Assembly: GCA_002685075.1 (NCBI GenBank)
Contig: NYWO01000159.1
Span: 107 to 64,106 of the forward strand
Origin: Arcobacter sp.
Lineage (GTDB): Bacteria > Campylobacterota > Campylobacteria > Campylobacterales > Arcobacteraceae
DNA length: 64,000 bases
Direction of reading: 5' to 3'
Shown here: piece after piece, positions 39,870 to 51,117 of the stretch
Position numbering within the stretch: position 1 is the stretch's first letter
Layout: every line of letters starts with the position of its first letter
Notes under the pieces: generated by a model
The model's input: only the letters and a program-made list of their open reading frames with translations
The model's database searches: none
Told to the model about the DNA's origin: nothing
Translations under genes and position numbers: made by a program

Positions 39870-42200
39870 TTACTTAATATCAATTTGTTCTTTTGATAAA
39901 GAATCTTTTGCATATTTATGTAAAATCTTATGATTAAAAAAGAAATCAGTTAATTCTTTGTCAATTTCACCTTTTTCTGCCATATTATCTAAAATGTTTT
40001 GCACTTGTGATAATTTCATTGCATCTTTATATGGACGTGCTGATGCTGTTAAAGCTTCAAACATATCTGCAAAAATCATTATTCTATCTTCAAAGGCTAT
40101 TTGCTCTTTATTTAAACCTCTTGGGTATCCTGTACCATTTAATTTTTCATGATGATTACAAGCAATATTTAGGACATCTTTATATTTTTTTGGAAAGGGT
40201 AGTGTTGAAATCATCTCTAAAGATAGTTTTGCATGATTTCTAATAATACTTATTTCTTCAGGTGTTAAAGTTCCTTTTCTTATTGATAAGTTATAAAATT
40301 CATCATCAGTTAATATAGGAACTTCTTTTCCATTCTTCATATATGTCAATTTAGCAATTTTATCTAGCTTTTCAATATCTTCATCATTCATAAATTCACC
40401 ACCTTTATTAATGGTTTTTATAAAGTCTAGATAATCGTTTAACTCTACTATTTGTTTTTGAAATTCTTCTTTTACAATATTATTTTTAAGATAGTTTATT
40501 TCAACATCTTTTTTTATAACTTCAAATCTAGATTCAACTAATTCAATTCTATTAAATATCTTTTCTAATTTTGTAGCCTTATCAATAATATGATCAGGCA
40601 TAGAAATCTTTCCAACATCATGCATCCAAGCAGCTAAAGCAATTTGCTTATAGTCTTTATCGCTATATTTAATATGTTTATAAATAGTATTGTCATCATT
40701 TACAGCTTTTGCTAAAAGCAGGGCTATTTTTTCTACTTTGCCAATATGATCTGCTGTATAAGGAGATTTTGCATCAATAGCTTTTGCAATAGTTCCTCCA
40801 AAAGCATTTAAAAATTCTTCTAAACTTAAAATTAGTTGTGTATTAGTAAGTGACATAGCAGCTTGTGAGGCTAATGATTTAATTATTTTTTCGTCAGTTC
40901 TATTAAACTCAATAATTTTATGATTATCCATTTTATTGATTAACTGCAAAACTCCAATTACATCATTCTCATGATTAATTAAAGGGATAACAAGCATAGA
41001 TTTTGATCTATAACCAGTTGTTTTATCAAACTCTTTTGTCCCTTTAAAATCATATTTATTAGATTTATATGCATCTTTTATGTTAATAATTCTTTTTTCA
41101 TTAGCACAAACAATAGCAACCATATGGTTATTTAAAGAGCCATCTTCTAAAATAAAAGGTAATGGAGCCCAATCAAGATCTTTTTTTGTTCCGCCAATAT
41201 TTATATTTAAAGATTTGTTTTGTACAACTTTAAAGTCAAGTTTAGTTTCATCTTTTGACATAATATATAATGTACCAGCATCTGAAGAGGTTAATATTCT
41301 AAGTAATGTTAAAATTTTTTCTAAAAGTACATTTTTATTTGTTTCTGATGATAAGGCAAGATTAATTTTCATTATTTCTTGGAACATATTTTCACTAATC
41401 AAATTATGTTCAATAGTTCCTTTATCAATATGAATTACATCACCTTCTACCAAAACTTTACCACCGTTTTTTAATATTCCATTTTTCTTAATATCTCTTT
41501 TAATTTCTTTGTCATAAAGAGGTTTTATATGATATAAAAAAATAGTAACATCATCTCTTTTTAGATTTACCAAATCTTCTTTAATAAGTTCAGGAGATAG
41601 ATGGTTTGTAGTTTTTGCAAAATGTGTTAATTTATCAGGAAAAGAACACTCTAAAAGAAGAGAATTAATTTTTTTATTATTATTAATCTCATCCCATAAA
41701 ATAGGATTTTTATATGTGTCCCCACTTATTATAAAAGCTTGTTGTCCTTTAGTAATTACAAAACCACATGCTCCTTTAATATGTACAGCAGGAAATGTCT
41801 TTATTTCATAGTCATGAATTTGAATAGTTTCATTAGTTTCTAATTCTTTAAAGACAAGTGCATTTTTATCAGAATTAACTAATTTAATTTTTGTGAAATC
41901 CGGCCATACTAAATTATTAAATGAGTGATTTTTAAGTATATCAATAGTTTCTTTTAGTGCATAGATTGTTAGAGGAGTTTTCCTTTTTTCAAAGAAGCCT
42001 TCAATTATAAATGGTAAATCTGATATATGATCTGCATGAGAATGAGTTATGAATATATGATTGATTTCTGAGGCTTCCTCACCTAATGAGTTTATTACAT
42101 TTCCAGCATCAACAATAATATCTCTAAAAATTTGGAATGATGTGGTTCCCATTCCTTTAGCCTTACTTCCACTTGCACCTAAAATTTTGATAAAATTCAT
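39870..42200 (-). CDS. MBL-fold hydrolase + GAF + HD-GYP phosphodiesterase
   Basis: THSHADH; GAF with GVLQLINK; MHDVGK; HHEKLNGTGYPRGL. Confidence 0.88.
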   Translation of the reverse strand: MNFIKILGASGSKAKGMGTTSFQIFRDIIVDAGNVINSLGEEASEINHIFITHSHADHISDLPFIIEGFFEKRKTPLTIYALKETIDILKNHSFNNLVWPDFTKIKLVNSDKNALVFKELETNETIQIHDYEIKTFPAVHIKGACGFVITKGQQAFIISGDTYKNPILWDEINNNKKINSLLLECSFPDKLTHFAKTTNHLSPELIKEDLVNLKRDDVTIFLYHIKPLYDKEIKRDIKKNGILKNGGKVLVEGDVIHIDKGTIEHNLISENMFQEIMKINLALSSETNKNVLLEKILTLLRILTSSDAGTLYIMSKDETKLDFKVVQNKSLNINIGGTKKDLDWAPLPFILEDGSLNNHMVAIVCANEKRIINIKDAYKSNKYDFKGTKEFDKTTGYRSKSMLVIPLINHENDVIGVLQLINKMDNHKIIEFNRTDEKIIKSLASQAAMSLTNTQLILSLEEFLNAFGGTIAKAIDAKSPYTADHIGKVEKIALLLAKAVNDDNTIYKHIKYSDKDYKQIALAAWMHDVGKISMPDHIIDKATKLEKIFNRIELVESRFEVIKKDVEINYLKNNIVKEEFQKQIVELNDYLDFIKTINKGGEFMNDEDIEKLDKIAKLTYMKNGKEVPILTDDEFYNLSIRKGTLTPEEISIIRNHAKLSLEMISTLPFPKKYKDVLNIACNHHEKLNGTGYPRGLNKEQIAFEDRIMIFADMFEALTASARPYKDAMKLSQVQNILDNMAEKGEIDKELTDFFFNHKILHKYAKDSLSKEQIDIK

Positions 42201-42280
42201 AAAATTCCTTTAATATATTTCTAAGTATATCTAAAGAAACTTTATTATTTAACTAAAATATGTAAATAATAAAGAATTTA

Positions 42281-42718
42281 TTATTTTTCTGTAGGAAGTT
42301 TTTCTTTAATCCAATCATACTGAAAGCCTTGTGTTACATTATATACGTTACTAAAACCTTGTTCTGCTAATAAATTACTTGCAAGTTTTGTTCTTGATCC
42401 ACTTCTACAAATTAAAATTATTTTTCTATTTATATTTTTATTTGATACTTGATATATCTCATTTAAAAAATTTCTATTAAATACTCTTTGTCCATTTTTT
42501 GCATAAAAAATTGGAATATTAATAGACCCTTTTGATCTTAAATGATTAAACTCTGGTTTTGTTCTTACATCTATTAGTAAAGCTCCCTCTTGTTGCATAG
42601 AAAAAGCCATTTTAGATGAAATATCATCTTTATAAATTTTTGCTGTTCTGTAATCAATTTTACTATTAGCAAATAAAGCAGTAGAAATAAATATTAATAT
42701 GAATAAAATCTTTTTCAT
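42281..42718 (-). CDS. Secreted rhodanese-like protein
   Basis: Signal peptide; LIDVRT and CRSGSR motifs. Confidence 0.88.
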   Translation of the reverse strand: MKKILFILIFISTALFANSKIDYRTAKIYKDDISSKMAFSMQQEGALLIDVRTKPEFNHLRSKGSINIPIFYAKNGQRVFNRNFLNEIYQVSNKNINRKIILICRSGSRTKLASNLLAEQGFSNVYNVTQGFQYDWIKEKLPTEK

Positions 42719-42721
42719 CTT

Positions 42722-43606
42722 TTACTTTTCATTGTTGATTTCAGAATCATCATAAGGATCCATATGAATATTAATTATCCAATCTCTATTTTTATCCAAG
42801 TTTTCTATTTGTTGTTCAATTTTGTCACTTGTTTTATGCGCATTCATAAGTGTAATAATACAATCAAAAACTAAATGTACTTCAACAAAAGTCTGATGAC
42901 CAGCTTCTCTTGTTTTTAAAAGATGGTATGCATTTACATTTTCATTATGTTTTATAATATTTTCAATTTTATCAACTAAATTACTATCAACTGCTCTATC
43001 TAATAAAACTAAAACACCATCGTGTATTAGTTCATATGCAGAGTAAATAATATATAAAGCGATTCCACTTCCTACAAGTACATCAATTATCTCATAACCT
43101 GTTAAATGAACAAGAACTAATGATGATAAAACGGCAACATTTGAATAAACATCTGTTTTGTAGTGTAATGCATCTGCTCTAATAACCATTGAGTTTGTTT
43201 TTTTGGCAATTTTATTTAAATAAATTACTAAAAATATTGTAATAATAAGTGAAATAATCATTACAATAATAGATGTTTCAACATACTTTGATATTTCACC
43301 ATTTATTGCTTTTTGTATTGCTTGATAAAGTAAAAATAATCCAGATACTGTAATAATAGTACCTTCAATTACAGAAGCTAGTGCTTCAATTTTACCCCGT
43401 CCATAGTTAAATTCTCTATCAGCTGGTTTTTCAGAATTTGATATTGCAAAATAGTTGAAAAGTGATACAAACATATCAAGAACAGAATCAATTGCTGAAG
43501 CCAAAACAGCAACTGATCCACTAGCTATTCCTATTATTAATTTCATAATAGTAAGTAAAGCCGCAACTGATGAAGAAACGACTGTAGCTTTTTTTTGAGG
43601 AGTCAT
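42722..43606 (-). CDS. Cation diffusion facilitator (FieF-like)
   Basis: ASAIDS..D, FNYGRGKIE and ADALHY.TD motifs. Confidence 0.9.
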   Translation of the reverse strand: MTPQKKATVVSSSVAALLTIMKLIIGIASGSVAVLASAIDSVLDMFVSLFNYFAISNSEKPADREFNYGRGKIEALASVIEGTIITVSGLFLLYQAIQKAINGEISKYVETSIIVMIISLIITIFLVIYLNKIAKKTNSMVIRADALHYKTDVYSNVAVLSSLVLVHLTGYEIIDVLVGSGIALYIIYSAYELIHDGVLVLLDRAVDSNLVDKIENIIKHNENVNAYHLLKTREAGHQTFVEVHLVFDCIITLMNAHKTSDKIEQQIENLDKNRDWIINIHMDPYDDSEINNEK

Positions 43607-43608
43607 AA

Positions 43609-44778
43609 TTATTTGTTCTCTACAAAATCTTTGATTCTTTTAATTCCTTCTTCAATTGTTTCTAAATCTGTAGCAAAAGAGAATCTAACATAACCTTCAG
43701 TTCCAAAAGCAAGCCCTGGAACTAAGGCAACACCTTTTTCTTCTAGTAAATCTGCACAAAACTTCATAGAATCAGATGTAACACCTTGAATATTTATAAA
43801 TAAATAAAATGCACCATCTGGGTTAAAACAAGTTAAGCCTTTAATATCATTAAAAGATTTAACGGCTACGTTTCTTCTTTTTTCAAACTCTTTTCTCATG
43901 ATTTCCATTGTTTCATCCGCTTCACCTTTAAGAGCTGGAATAGCAGCATATTGTGTGATCGAGTTTACATTTGAAGTTACTTGACCTTGCAGTTTTGTCA
44001 TATTTTTTACAAGTTCAACATTTGGTGTTGCTAAATAACCAAATCTCCATCCAGTCATTGCAACTGCTTTACTTAAACCATTAATTGTAACAGTTCTCTT
44101 ATACATATCTTTTGATATTTCAGCAACTGCTGTAAATTTTTTACCATCGTACATGATTTTTTCATACATTTCATCAGATAATACAATTATATCTGTACCT
44201 TCAAGAACTTTCGCTAATTCTTCTAACTCTTCTTTTCTATAAACAGCACCTGATGGATTTGAAGGTGTATTTAATAGTAAAATTTTTGTTTTATCAGTAA
44301 TTGCATTTTTTAATTGCTCTGCAGTGATTTTAAAATCATTTGAGTCATCTGTTTCAATAATTACAGGAGTTCCATCAGAGTATTTTACTTGCTCTGGATA
44401 TGTAACCCAATAAGGAGCTGGAATAATTACTTCATCACCTTTTTCAATTAATACTTGAAAAAGATTAAATAGTGAATGTTTTGCTCCATTACTAATAATA
44501 ATATTATCTAAGTTATATTCTAAATTATGGTCTCTTTTTAATTTATTAATGATTGCTTGTTTGGTTTGAGTAATTCCCTCAACGGCTGTATATTTTGTAT
44601 GTCCATCTATAATAGCTTGAATTGCTGCTTGTTTAATAACTTCTGGAGTATTAAAATCAGGTTCTCCTGCACTAAAACTTAATATATCTTTACCTTGAGC
44701 TTTTAGCTCTCTTGCTAGGGCTGTAATTGCCATAGTAACTGATGGAGATAGATTCTCCATTCTGTTTGCAATTTTCAT
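43609..44778 (-). CDS. PLP-dependent aspartate aminotransferase (class I)
   Basis: GEPDF, NPSG, SDEMY and SKAVAMTGWRFG motifs. Confidence 0.92.
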   Translation of the reverse strand: MKIANRMENLSPSVTMAITALARELKAQGKDILSFSAGEPDFNTPEVIKQAAIQAIIDGHTKYTAVEGITQTKQAIINKLKRDHNLEYNLDNIIISNGAKHSLFNLFQVLIEKGDEVIIPAPYWVTYPEQVKYSDGTPVIIETDDSNDFKITAEQLKNAITDKTKILLLNTPSNPSGAVYRKEELEELAKVLEGTDIIVLSDEMYEKIMYDGKKFTAVAEISKDMYKRTVTINGLSKAVAMTGWRFGYLATPNVELVKNMTKLQGQVTSNVNSITQYAAIPALKGEADETMEIMRKEFEKRRNVAVKSFNDIKGLTCFNPDGAFYLFINIQGVTSDSMKFCADLLEEKGVALVPGLAFGTEGYVRFSFATDLETIEEGIKRIKDFVENK

Positions 44779-44860
44779 TAATGTTTCCTCTTATGTAATA
44801 TTGATCATATTTATATGATATAATTCGTAGATTATAACAAAAATAATCTTAAGGAAAAGC

Positions 44861-45454
44861 TTGGAATTTCAGCATAATCTTGATTCTTTGGTAGTTACAG
44901 TTAAACTCGTAAATAAAAAGAGTATTAAACATTGTTATTTACGAGTTGTAAATAATAAAGAGATACAAATTAAAGCAAATATCTATTTTTCAATACAAGA
45001 TGCAAAAGATTTATTGGAAAGGAAAAAGTTATGGCTAATAAAAGGCTTAAATAAAGTTACGTCAAATACTTTAGCCGAAGATGAGTTTTTATATTTTGGT
45101 AAAACACTAAAATTAAATGATTATCAAATTACAAATCTTGACAAATTTTACAAAAGTAAAATAGAAGAAATAATCCCACCTTTAGTAGAAAAATATTCAA
45201 AATTGATGAAGCTTTATCCAACATCAATAAAATACAGAAAAAACAAAAGAACATGGGGTTCTTGTAATTATAATAATGGTTTAAATTTTAACACACAATT
45301 ATGCAAATTTCCAATACAAATAACTGAATATGTAGTTATTCATGAACTAGCACATATAAAACATAAAAATCACTCAAAAAAGTTTTGGAATTTAGTGGAG
45401 GTTTACTGTCCTAATTATAAACAAACAGAAGCTTTATTTAAGACTCTTTTATAA
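44861..45454 (+). CDS. YgjP/DUF45 metal-dependent hydrolase
   Basis: WGSC and YVVIHELAH..H.NHS..FW motifs. Confidence 0.88.
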   Translation: MEFQHNLDSLVVTVKLVNKKSIKHCYLRVVNNKEIQIKANIYFSIQDAKDLLERKKLWLIKGLNKVTSNTLAEDEFLYFGKTLKLNDYQITNLDKFYKSKIEEIIPPLVEKYSKLMKLYPTSIKYRKNKRTWGSCNYNNGLNFNTQLCKFPIQITEYVVIHELAHIKHKNHSKKFWNLVEVYCPNYKQTEALFKTLL

Positions 45455-45854
45455 TATTCCTTATAGCTTCAAATTTTTTATATAAAGTTTCATCTTTTGC
45501 ATTATTTGTAAATAGACCATTTGAACGTTCTTTATACAAAGGTTCTTCAATAACTTTTTTAGATTTTTTCTCAATTTTATTAGTTACAAAAAAAGCTATT
45601 TCATTTACATTATCAAAATTAGCATTTTTTAATAATGATTTTATATCTGCTTTGTTATACTCAAACTCCATTTTATAAACAGGATGGGTTAGTACAAAAT
45701 ATAAAGTTTGACCTTTTATATAACCAAACTTAACTCCCTTTTTTAATTTCAAGGGAAGTACATCTATAAACTTTTCTATTGTAGATGATGTATTAATCTT
45801 CCTGAATTCAGGATTATTTTTAAGATGACTAAGTATTTCATTCAATTTTTTCAT
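45438..45854 (-). CDS. DUF721/DciA-like protein
   Basis: TLYFVLTHPVYKMEF resembles Campylobacterota DUF721-like proteins. Confidence 0.55.
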   Translation of the reverse strand: MKKLNEILSHLKNNPEFRKINTSSTIEKFIDVLPLKLKKGVKFGYIKGQTLYFVLTHPVYKMEFEYNKADIKSLLKNANFDNVNEIAFFVTNKIEKKSKKVIEEPLYKERSNGLFTNNAKDETLYKKFEAIRNIIKES

Positions 45855-45971
45855 ACGGTAATTATAGCAGGTTTTGTATTATCTTTTAGTGCTTGTGGTT
45901 ATAAAGGCGACCCAGTTTATGTGTCGGATAAAACAACAAAAATAAAAAACAATAAAGAAGCTTCAAAATAA
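45825..45971 (+). CDS. Small lipoprotein, LptM/YifL-like (not in ORF track)
   Basis: MTKYFIQFFHTVIIAGFVLSFSAC-GYKGDPVY..., 48 aa; stop overlaps nadB ATG (TAATG). Confidence 0.65.
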   Translation: MTKYFIQFFHTVIIAGFVLSFSACGYKGDPVYVSDKTTKIKNNKEASK

Positions 45972-47428
45972 TGATATATGATTATATAATAATAGGAACA
46001 GGTATTGCAGGTTTAAATGCTGCAAGACTTATTCCTGCAGATAAAAAAGTTTTAGTATTATGTAAAAAATCCCCTTGGGATTGTAATACTTTTTGGGCTC
46101 AAGGTGGAATAGCTACTGCTGTTGATGATGTTGATGTTCCTATTCACATTCAAGATACCATGACTGCTGGTGCAAATTATAATGATAAAAAAGCAGTAGA
46201 ACTTTTAAGTAGAAAGTCTTTAAAAGCTGTAAAAAATATTATTGATGCAGGTTTAAAATTTGATTTAAATGACAAAGGCCAATTAGCATATACAAAAGAA
46301 GCAGCACATTCAAGAAGTAGAATTCTTCATGCTGATGGAGATGCTACTGGAAGAATGATTCATGTTTTTTTACTAGAACAATGTCAACATGAAATGATAA
46401 CAAATGCAGTAGTAAATGATTTACTAATAGAAGATGGTATTTGTTATGGAGTTCAATTTTTTACTTCTGAAACTGAACAAAGAGTTGTTTATGCACATAA
46501 TACAATTATTGCAAGTGGTGGAATTGGTTCTCTTTACAGATATCACACTAACTCAACTGCAATAGCAGGAGAAATTCAAGGAATTATTTCACATAAAGGC
46601 TTAAGCTTAAAAGATATGGAAATGATGCAATTTCATCCAACTGTTGTTAAAGGAACACATTTTGCTAGAAAACCTTTACTTTCAGAAGCACTAAGAGGAG
46701 AGGGGGCTCATATTGTAGATGAAAATGGCTATAGATTTTTAAAAGATTATCATGAAGATGAAGAATTAGCCCCAAGAGATATTGTTAGTCGTTCTATTTT
46801 TGATTATAACAAAAAAACAGGTTTAGGAGTTTTTTTATCTTTAGATATGTTTAGTAAAAAATACTTCAAAAAAAGATTTCCAAATATTTATTCAAATTTA
46901 AAAGATTTAGGTTATGACTTACCTTTTGAAAAAGTTCCAATTTCACCTGCATTTCATTATGCAATGGGTGGAATTGAAACAACACTTGAAGCAAAAGTTA
47001 AGGGTATGAAAAATTTATATGCTGTAGGTGAAGCAGCTTGTACTGGTGTTCATGGAGCGAATAGATTAGCTTCAAATTCATTACTTGAAGGGCTTGTTTT
47101 TTCTCAAATAGCAATTGAAACTTCACTAAATGAAAATTTTGAAATTTTATGTAAAAATTATACTAAAGAAATAAAATCTTATACAAGAAATCAAGAAATT
47201 GATAAAAAAATTAAAAACAACCTAAGAAAAATCATGTGGAAAGCTGCATCTATTGTAAGAGATCCTAAAGAATTAGAAGCTGCTTTGATTGAAATAAATG
47301 AATATTTACAAAAAGATGTAGGAAGATTACTATTTTTAAGATTACTTACAGCAAAAGCTATCATACAAAGCGCAATTAATAGAAAAAAATCTATGGGCGC
47401 ACACTTTATAAAAAATAAGGATAATTAG
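45971..47428 (+). CDS. nadB: L-aspartate oxidase
   Basis: WAQGGIA, EAAHSRSRILH, QFHPT, SEALRGEG and HGANRLASNSLLEG motifs. Confidence 0.93.
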   Translation: MIYDYIIIGTGIAGLNAARLIPADKKVLVLCKKSPWDCNTFWAQGGIATAVDDVDVPIHIQDTMTAGANYNDKKAVELLSRKSLKAVKNIIDAGLKFDLNDKGQLAYTKEAAHSRSRILHADGDATGRMIHVFLLEQCQHEMITNAVVNDLLIEDGICYGVQFFTSETEQRVVYAHNTIIASGGIGSLYRYHTNSTAIAGEIQGIISHKGLSLKDMEMMQFHPTVVKGTHFARKPLLSEALRGEGAHIVDENGYRFLKDYHEDEELAPRDIVSRSIFDYNKKTGLGVFLSLDMFSKKYFKKRFPNIYSNLKDLGYDLPFEKVPISPAFHYAMGGIETTLEAKVKGMKNLYAVGEAACTGVHGANRLASNSLLEGLVFSQIAIETSLNENFEILCKNYTKEIKSYTRNQEIDKKIKNNLRKIMWKAASIVRDPKELEAALIEINEYLQKDVGRLLFLRLLTAKAIIQSAINRKKSMGAHFIKNKDN

Positions 47429-47568
47429 TTTACTTGTAAAAAGTTGACATTTTATTGACAAAAAATTTACATTTTGTATTATTTTTAAGGCTACTTACGG
47501 CAAAATCTATTTACAAACAGCTCACAAGTGACTATTTCACTTGGAGCGCATTAAATTAAGGAGAATTA

Positions 47569-48948
47569 ATGTTGAAATTATTATTGACATTACTGGTATC
47601 ATCAGTTTCTTTATTTGCAAGTTCTGCAAGTACTGGTGAAATACCTAATGTTACAATGACATGGGTTGGATTCGCATGTTTATTTATTTTTGTAGTTGGT
47701 TATTATTTTGTAGCAGCTGAAGAAAAGTATGAAATTGATAAGGCAAAACCAGCCTTATTTATAGGTACATTTATGTTTATGTTGGTTGCTGTTTATTATT
47801 CTTTAAATGGCTTAGATATGGGATTAGTTCATACTCAAGCACAACATCTTATTTTAGAAATCGCTGAGATTTTCTTCTTCTTATTTGTTGCAATGACTTA
47901 TATTGAATCATTAATCCATATGAGTGTTTTTGATGCATTAAAATATAAATTAGTTTCTAAGGGATATACATATAGAAAATTATTCTGGGTAACTGGTATT
48001 TTAGCATTCTTTATCTCACCAATTGCAGATAACTTAACAACAGCTCTTATTTTATCAACTGTATTAATTACAATTGAAAAAACAAGAAAAGATTTCTTAG
48101 TACCAGGTGCAATTAATATTGTTGTTTCTGCAAATGCAGGTGGTGCATGGTCTCCTTTTGGTGATATTACTACACTTATGGCATGGACTGCAGGGAAAGG
48201 GTCATTTACTGACTTCTTATTCTTATTCCCAGCTTCAATTATTGGTTATTTAGTAACAGCATTTATTTTATCTAGATTTGTTCCAAATGAAGTTCCAGCA
48301 TTTGATTCTTCTAAAGAAGTAAAACCTGTAATGTCAGAAGGTGCTAAAGTTGTTATGTTCTTAGGAGTATTTACAATTTTCTGTGCGGTTATGTCTCATC
48401 AAGTATTGCATCTACCAGCTATGTGGGGTATGATGTTCGGTCTTTCTTTATTAAAAATTTATTCTTATGGATTAAAAAGAAAATACGGTGTAGATCACTT
48501 CAATATTTTCCATTCTATGGCTAAAATTGAAAACAATACATTAATGTTCTTCTTTGGTATTTTAGCAGCTGTAGGTGCTTTATACTTTATTGGTTGGCTA
48601 GGTTTAGCAGCAATAGTTTATGATCCTTCAGTATTAGGAGCGACTTGGTCAAATATTGGAGTTGGTTTCCTTTCTGCAATTGTTGATAATGTTCCTGTTA
48701 TGTCAGCTGTATTAAAAGCAAATCCAACAATGGGTCTTGATCAGTGGATGCTTGTAACGTTAACAGCAGGTGTTGGTGGATCTATGATTTCATTTGGATC
48801 TGCTGCTGGTGTTGGTGTTATGGGTAAATTACATGGTATTTATACATTTGGTGCACATATGAAATATGCTTGGATTATTGTTATTGGTTACTTTGTATCA
48901 ATTGCAGTTTGGTATCTTCAATATCAAGTGTTTGGAATAGGGCATTAA
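47569..48948 (+). CDS. nhaD: Na+/H+ antiporter NhaD
   Basis: ADNLTTAL, NAGGAWSPFGDITT and SAIVDNVP motifs. Confidence 0.9.
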   Translation: MLKLLLTLLVSSVSLFASSASTGEIPNVTMTWVGFACLFIFVVGYYFVAAEEKYEIDKAKPALFIGTFMFMLVAVYYSLNGLDMGLVHTQAQHLILEIAEIFFFLFVAMTYIESLIHMSVFDALKYKLVSKGYTYRKLFWVTGILAFFISPIADNLTTALILSTVLITIEKTRKDFLVPGAINIVVSANAGGAWSPFGDITTLMAWTAGKGSFTDFLFLFPASIIGYLVTAFILSRFVPNEVPAFDSSKEVKPVMSEGAKVVMFLGVFTIFCAVMSHQVLHLPAMWGMMFGLSLLKIYSYGLKRKYGVDHFNIFHSMAKIENNTLMFFFGILAAVGALYFIGWLGLAAIVYDPSVLGATWSNIGVGFLSAIVDNVPVMSAVLKANPTMGLDQWMLVTLTAGVGGSMISFGSAAGVGVMGKLHGIYTFGAHMKYAWIIVIGYFVSIAVWYLQYQVFGIGH

Positions 48949-48976
48949 TTAAAGTTTTTTTATTAAATCTAACTTT

Positions 48977-49011
48977 AAAAGCTATCAATTTATTTTGATA
49001 GCTTTTTTTTT
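48977..49011 (+). terminator. Rho-independent terminator after nhaD
   Basis: aaaagctatcaa...ttgatagctttt followed by a T-run. Confidence 0.75.
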
Positions 49012-49122
49012 GTCAAAAAAATAAACTTCTTAATTCTTCTACTTAACTAAATATTTACAACTTTTTAGATATAATCGCATTTAATAATAGATTTATATAA
49101 AATCAAACGAGGATATTAATAT

Positions 49123-50658
49123 ATGAAACATGTACCAATTATAGTATTAGATTTTGGTAGTCAATATACACAAATTATTGCTAGAAAACTTAGAGAATCA
49201 GGTGTTTATTCTGAAATAGTACCTTATAGTGAGAGTATTGAAGATATAATGGCTAGAACACCAAAAGGTATTATTCTTTCTGGAGGTCCTGCTTCTGTTT
49301 ATGCTGAAGATTCTTATCATCCTGATACAACAATTTTTGAGCTTGGTCTTCCAATTTTAGGAATTTGTTACGGTATGCAATTAATTTCACAACACTTTGG
49401 CGGTTCTGTAATACCTGCAGATCACCATGAATATGGAAAAGCAAAGTTAAACTTTGAAAAAGAAAACCCAATATTCAAAGATACAACAGATGGGCAAACT
49501 GTTTGGATGTCACATGGGGATAGAGTAGAGAATATTCCTACAGGTTTTGAAAAAATTGCAACAAGTGAAAATTCACCATATGCAGCAATTGCAGATACTC
49601 ATAGAAATATCTATGCTTTCCAATTCCACCCAGAAGTATATCATTCAGATGAAGGAAGTAAACTTCTTAAAAACTTTGCAAAACATATTTGTCATTGTGA
49701 ATCAACTTGGAATATGGGTTCTTTTGCAAAAGAACAAATTGCAAAAATAAAAGAACAAGTTGGAAATAAAAAAGTATTATGTGGTGTTTCAGGTGGAGTT
49801 GATAGTTCTGTAGTTGCTACGCTTTTAGCAGAAGCAATTGGCGATCAATTAGTACCAGTATTTGTTGACAATGGTTTATTAAGAGCAAATGAAAGACCTC
49901 AGGTTGAAGCAATGTTTAAAGCAAGAGGAGTTCCTTTAATTACTGTTGATGCAAGTAATGAATTTCTTACAAAACTTGAAGGTGTGACAGATCCTGAGAA
50001 AAAAAGAAAAATTATTGGTGAAACATTTATCGAAGTATTTGATAAAGAAGCTAAAAAACATGATGGTATTGAGTTCTTAGCTCAAGGTACACTTTATACT
50101 GATGTTATTGAATCAGTATCAGTTAAAGGTCCTTCTAAAACTATTAAATCACACCACAATGTTGGTGGATTACCTGATTGGATGACATTTGAGTTAATCG
50201 AACCATTAAGAGAAATTTTCAAAGATGAAGTAAGACTTTTAGGACTTGAACTTGGACTTCCAAGTGATATGATTGGTCGTCATCCTTTCCCTGGACCTGG
50301 TCTTGCTATTAGAATTATGGGTGATGTTAATTCTCCAGATTTAGAAATTTTAAGAAAAGCTGATACTATTATGCTAGATGTATTAAGATCAACTGGTTAC
50401 TATGATAAAACTTGGCAAGCATTTACTGTATTACTAAACGTAAAATCAGTAGGAGTTATGGGTGATAATAGAACTTATGACAATACTGTTTGTGTAAGAA
50501 TAGTAAATGCAACAGATGGTATGACTGCAACTTTTGCATATATTCCACATGAAATATTAGAAACAATCTCAAGAAGAATTATCAATGAAGTTGATGGTAT
50601 TAATAGAGTTGTTTATGATATATCTTCTAAACCACCAGCAACTATTGAGTGGGAATAA
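49123..50658 (+). CDS. guaA: GMP synthase
   Basis: [21 protein letters not shown] and KPPATIEWE motifs. Confidence 0.98.
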   Translation: MKHVPIIVLDFGSQYTQIIARKLRESGVYSEIVPYSESIEDIMARTPKGIILSGGPASVYAEDSYHPDTTIFELGLPILGICYGMQLISQHFGGSVIPADHHEYGKAKLNFEKENPIFKDTTDGQTVWMSHGDRVENIPTGFEKIATSENSPYAAIADTHRNIYAFQFHPEVYHSDEGSKLLKNFAKHICHCESTWNMGSFAKEQIAKIKEQVGNKKVLCGVSGGVDSSVVATLLAEAIGDQLVPVFVDNGLLRANERPQVEAMFKARGVPLITVDASNEFLTKLEGVTDPEKKRKIIGETFIEVFDKEAKKHDGIEFLAQGTLYTDVIESVSVKGPSKTIKSHHNVGGLPDWMTFELIEPLREIFKDEVRLLGLELGLPSDMIGRHPFPGPGLAIRIMGDVNSPDLEILRKADTIMLDVLRSTGYYDKTWQAFTVLLNVKSVGVMGDNRTYDNTVCVRIVNATDGMTATFAYIPHEILETISRRIINEVDGINRVVYDISSKPPATIEWE

Positions 50659-50778
50659 AACAAAGCAGTATCTTTTTCTTGATACTGCGTCATTTTTAAA
50701 TATATACCTTATTAAATAATTAAATCATTAGTTATATTTTTTTAGATATAATATTTCTTATTTCAAGAAAGGTTTTAT

Positions 50779-51117
50779 TTGGAAAGTAGTATTTTTAATT
50801 CATCTTTTATCGATTTTCTTACATTTAAAACTTTTATTAGTACTGACATTTTAATATTGTTTTATTACCTAGGTGCACTTATTTTACCTATTTGTTTATG
50901 GTTTACATTTTTTTTGGTTATTAATAAATATAAACTATTAAATACTTCATACAACAATGGAAAAGATTTTTTATGGAAACTTCTAAATAAAAAGCAAAAA
51001 GTGTTATTTCTTCTTTTTTTTGTTATGGTATTTTTTTTCATGGAACTTTTTTGGAGAATGCTATTTGAGTTTTTAATAGCTTACATGCAAATTCGTGATG
51101 CCTTAATACAAGTATAG
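50779..51117 (+). CDS. DUF4282-like membrane protein
   Basis: FL.F..FIS..IL..FYY and WRML.E motifs; hydrophobic. Confidence 0.6.
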   Translation: MESSIFNSSFIDFLTFKTFISTDILILFYYLGALILPICLWFTFFLVINKYKLLNTSYNNGKDFLWKLLNKKQKVLFLLFFVMVFFFMELFWRMLFEFLIAYMQIRDALIQV

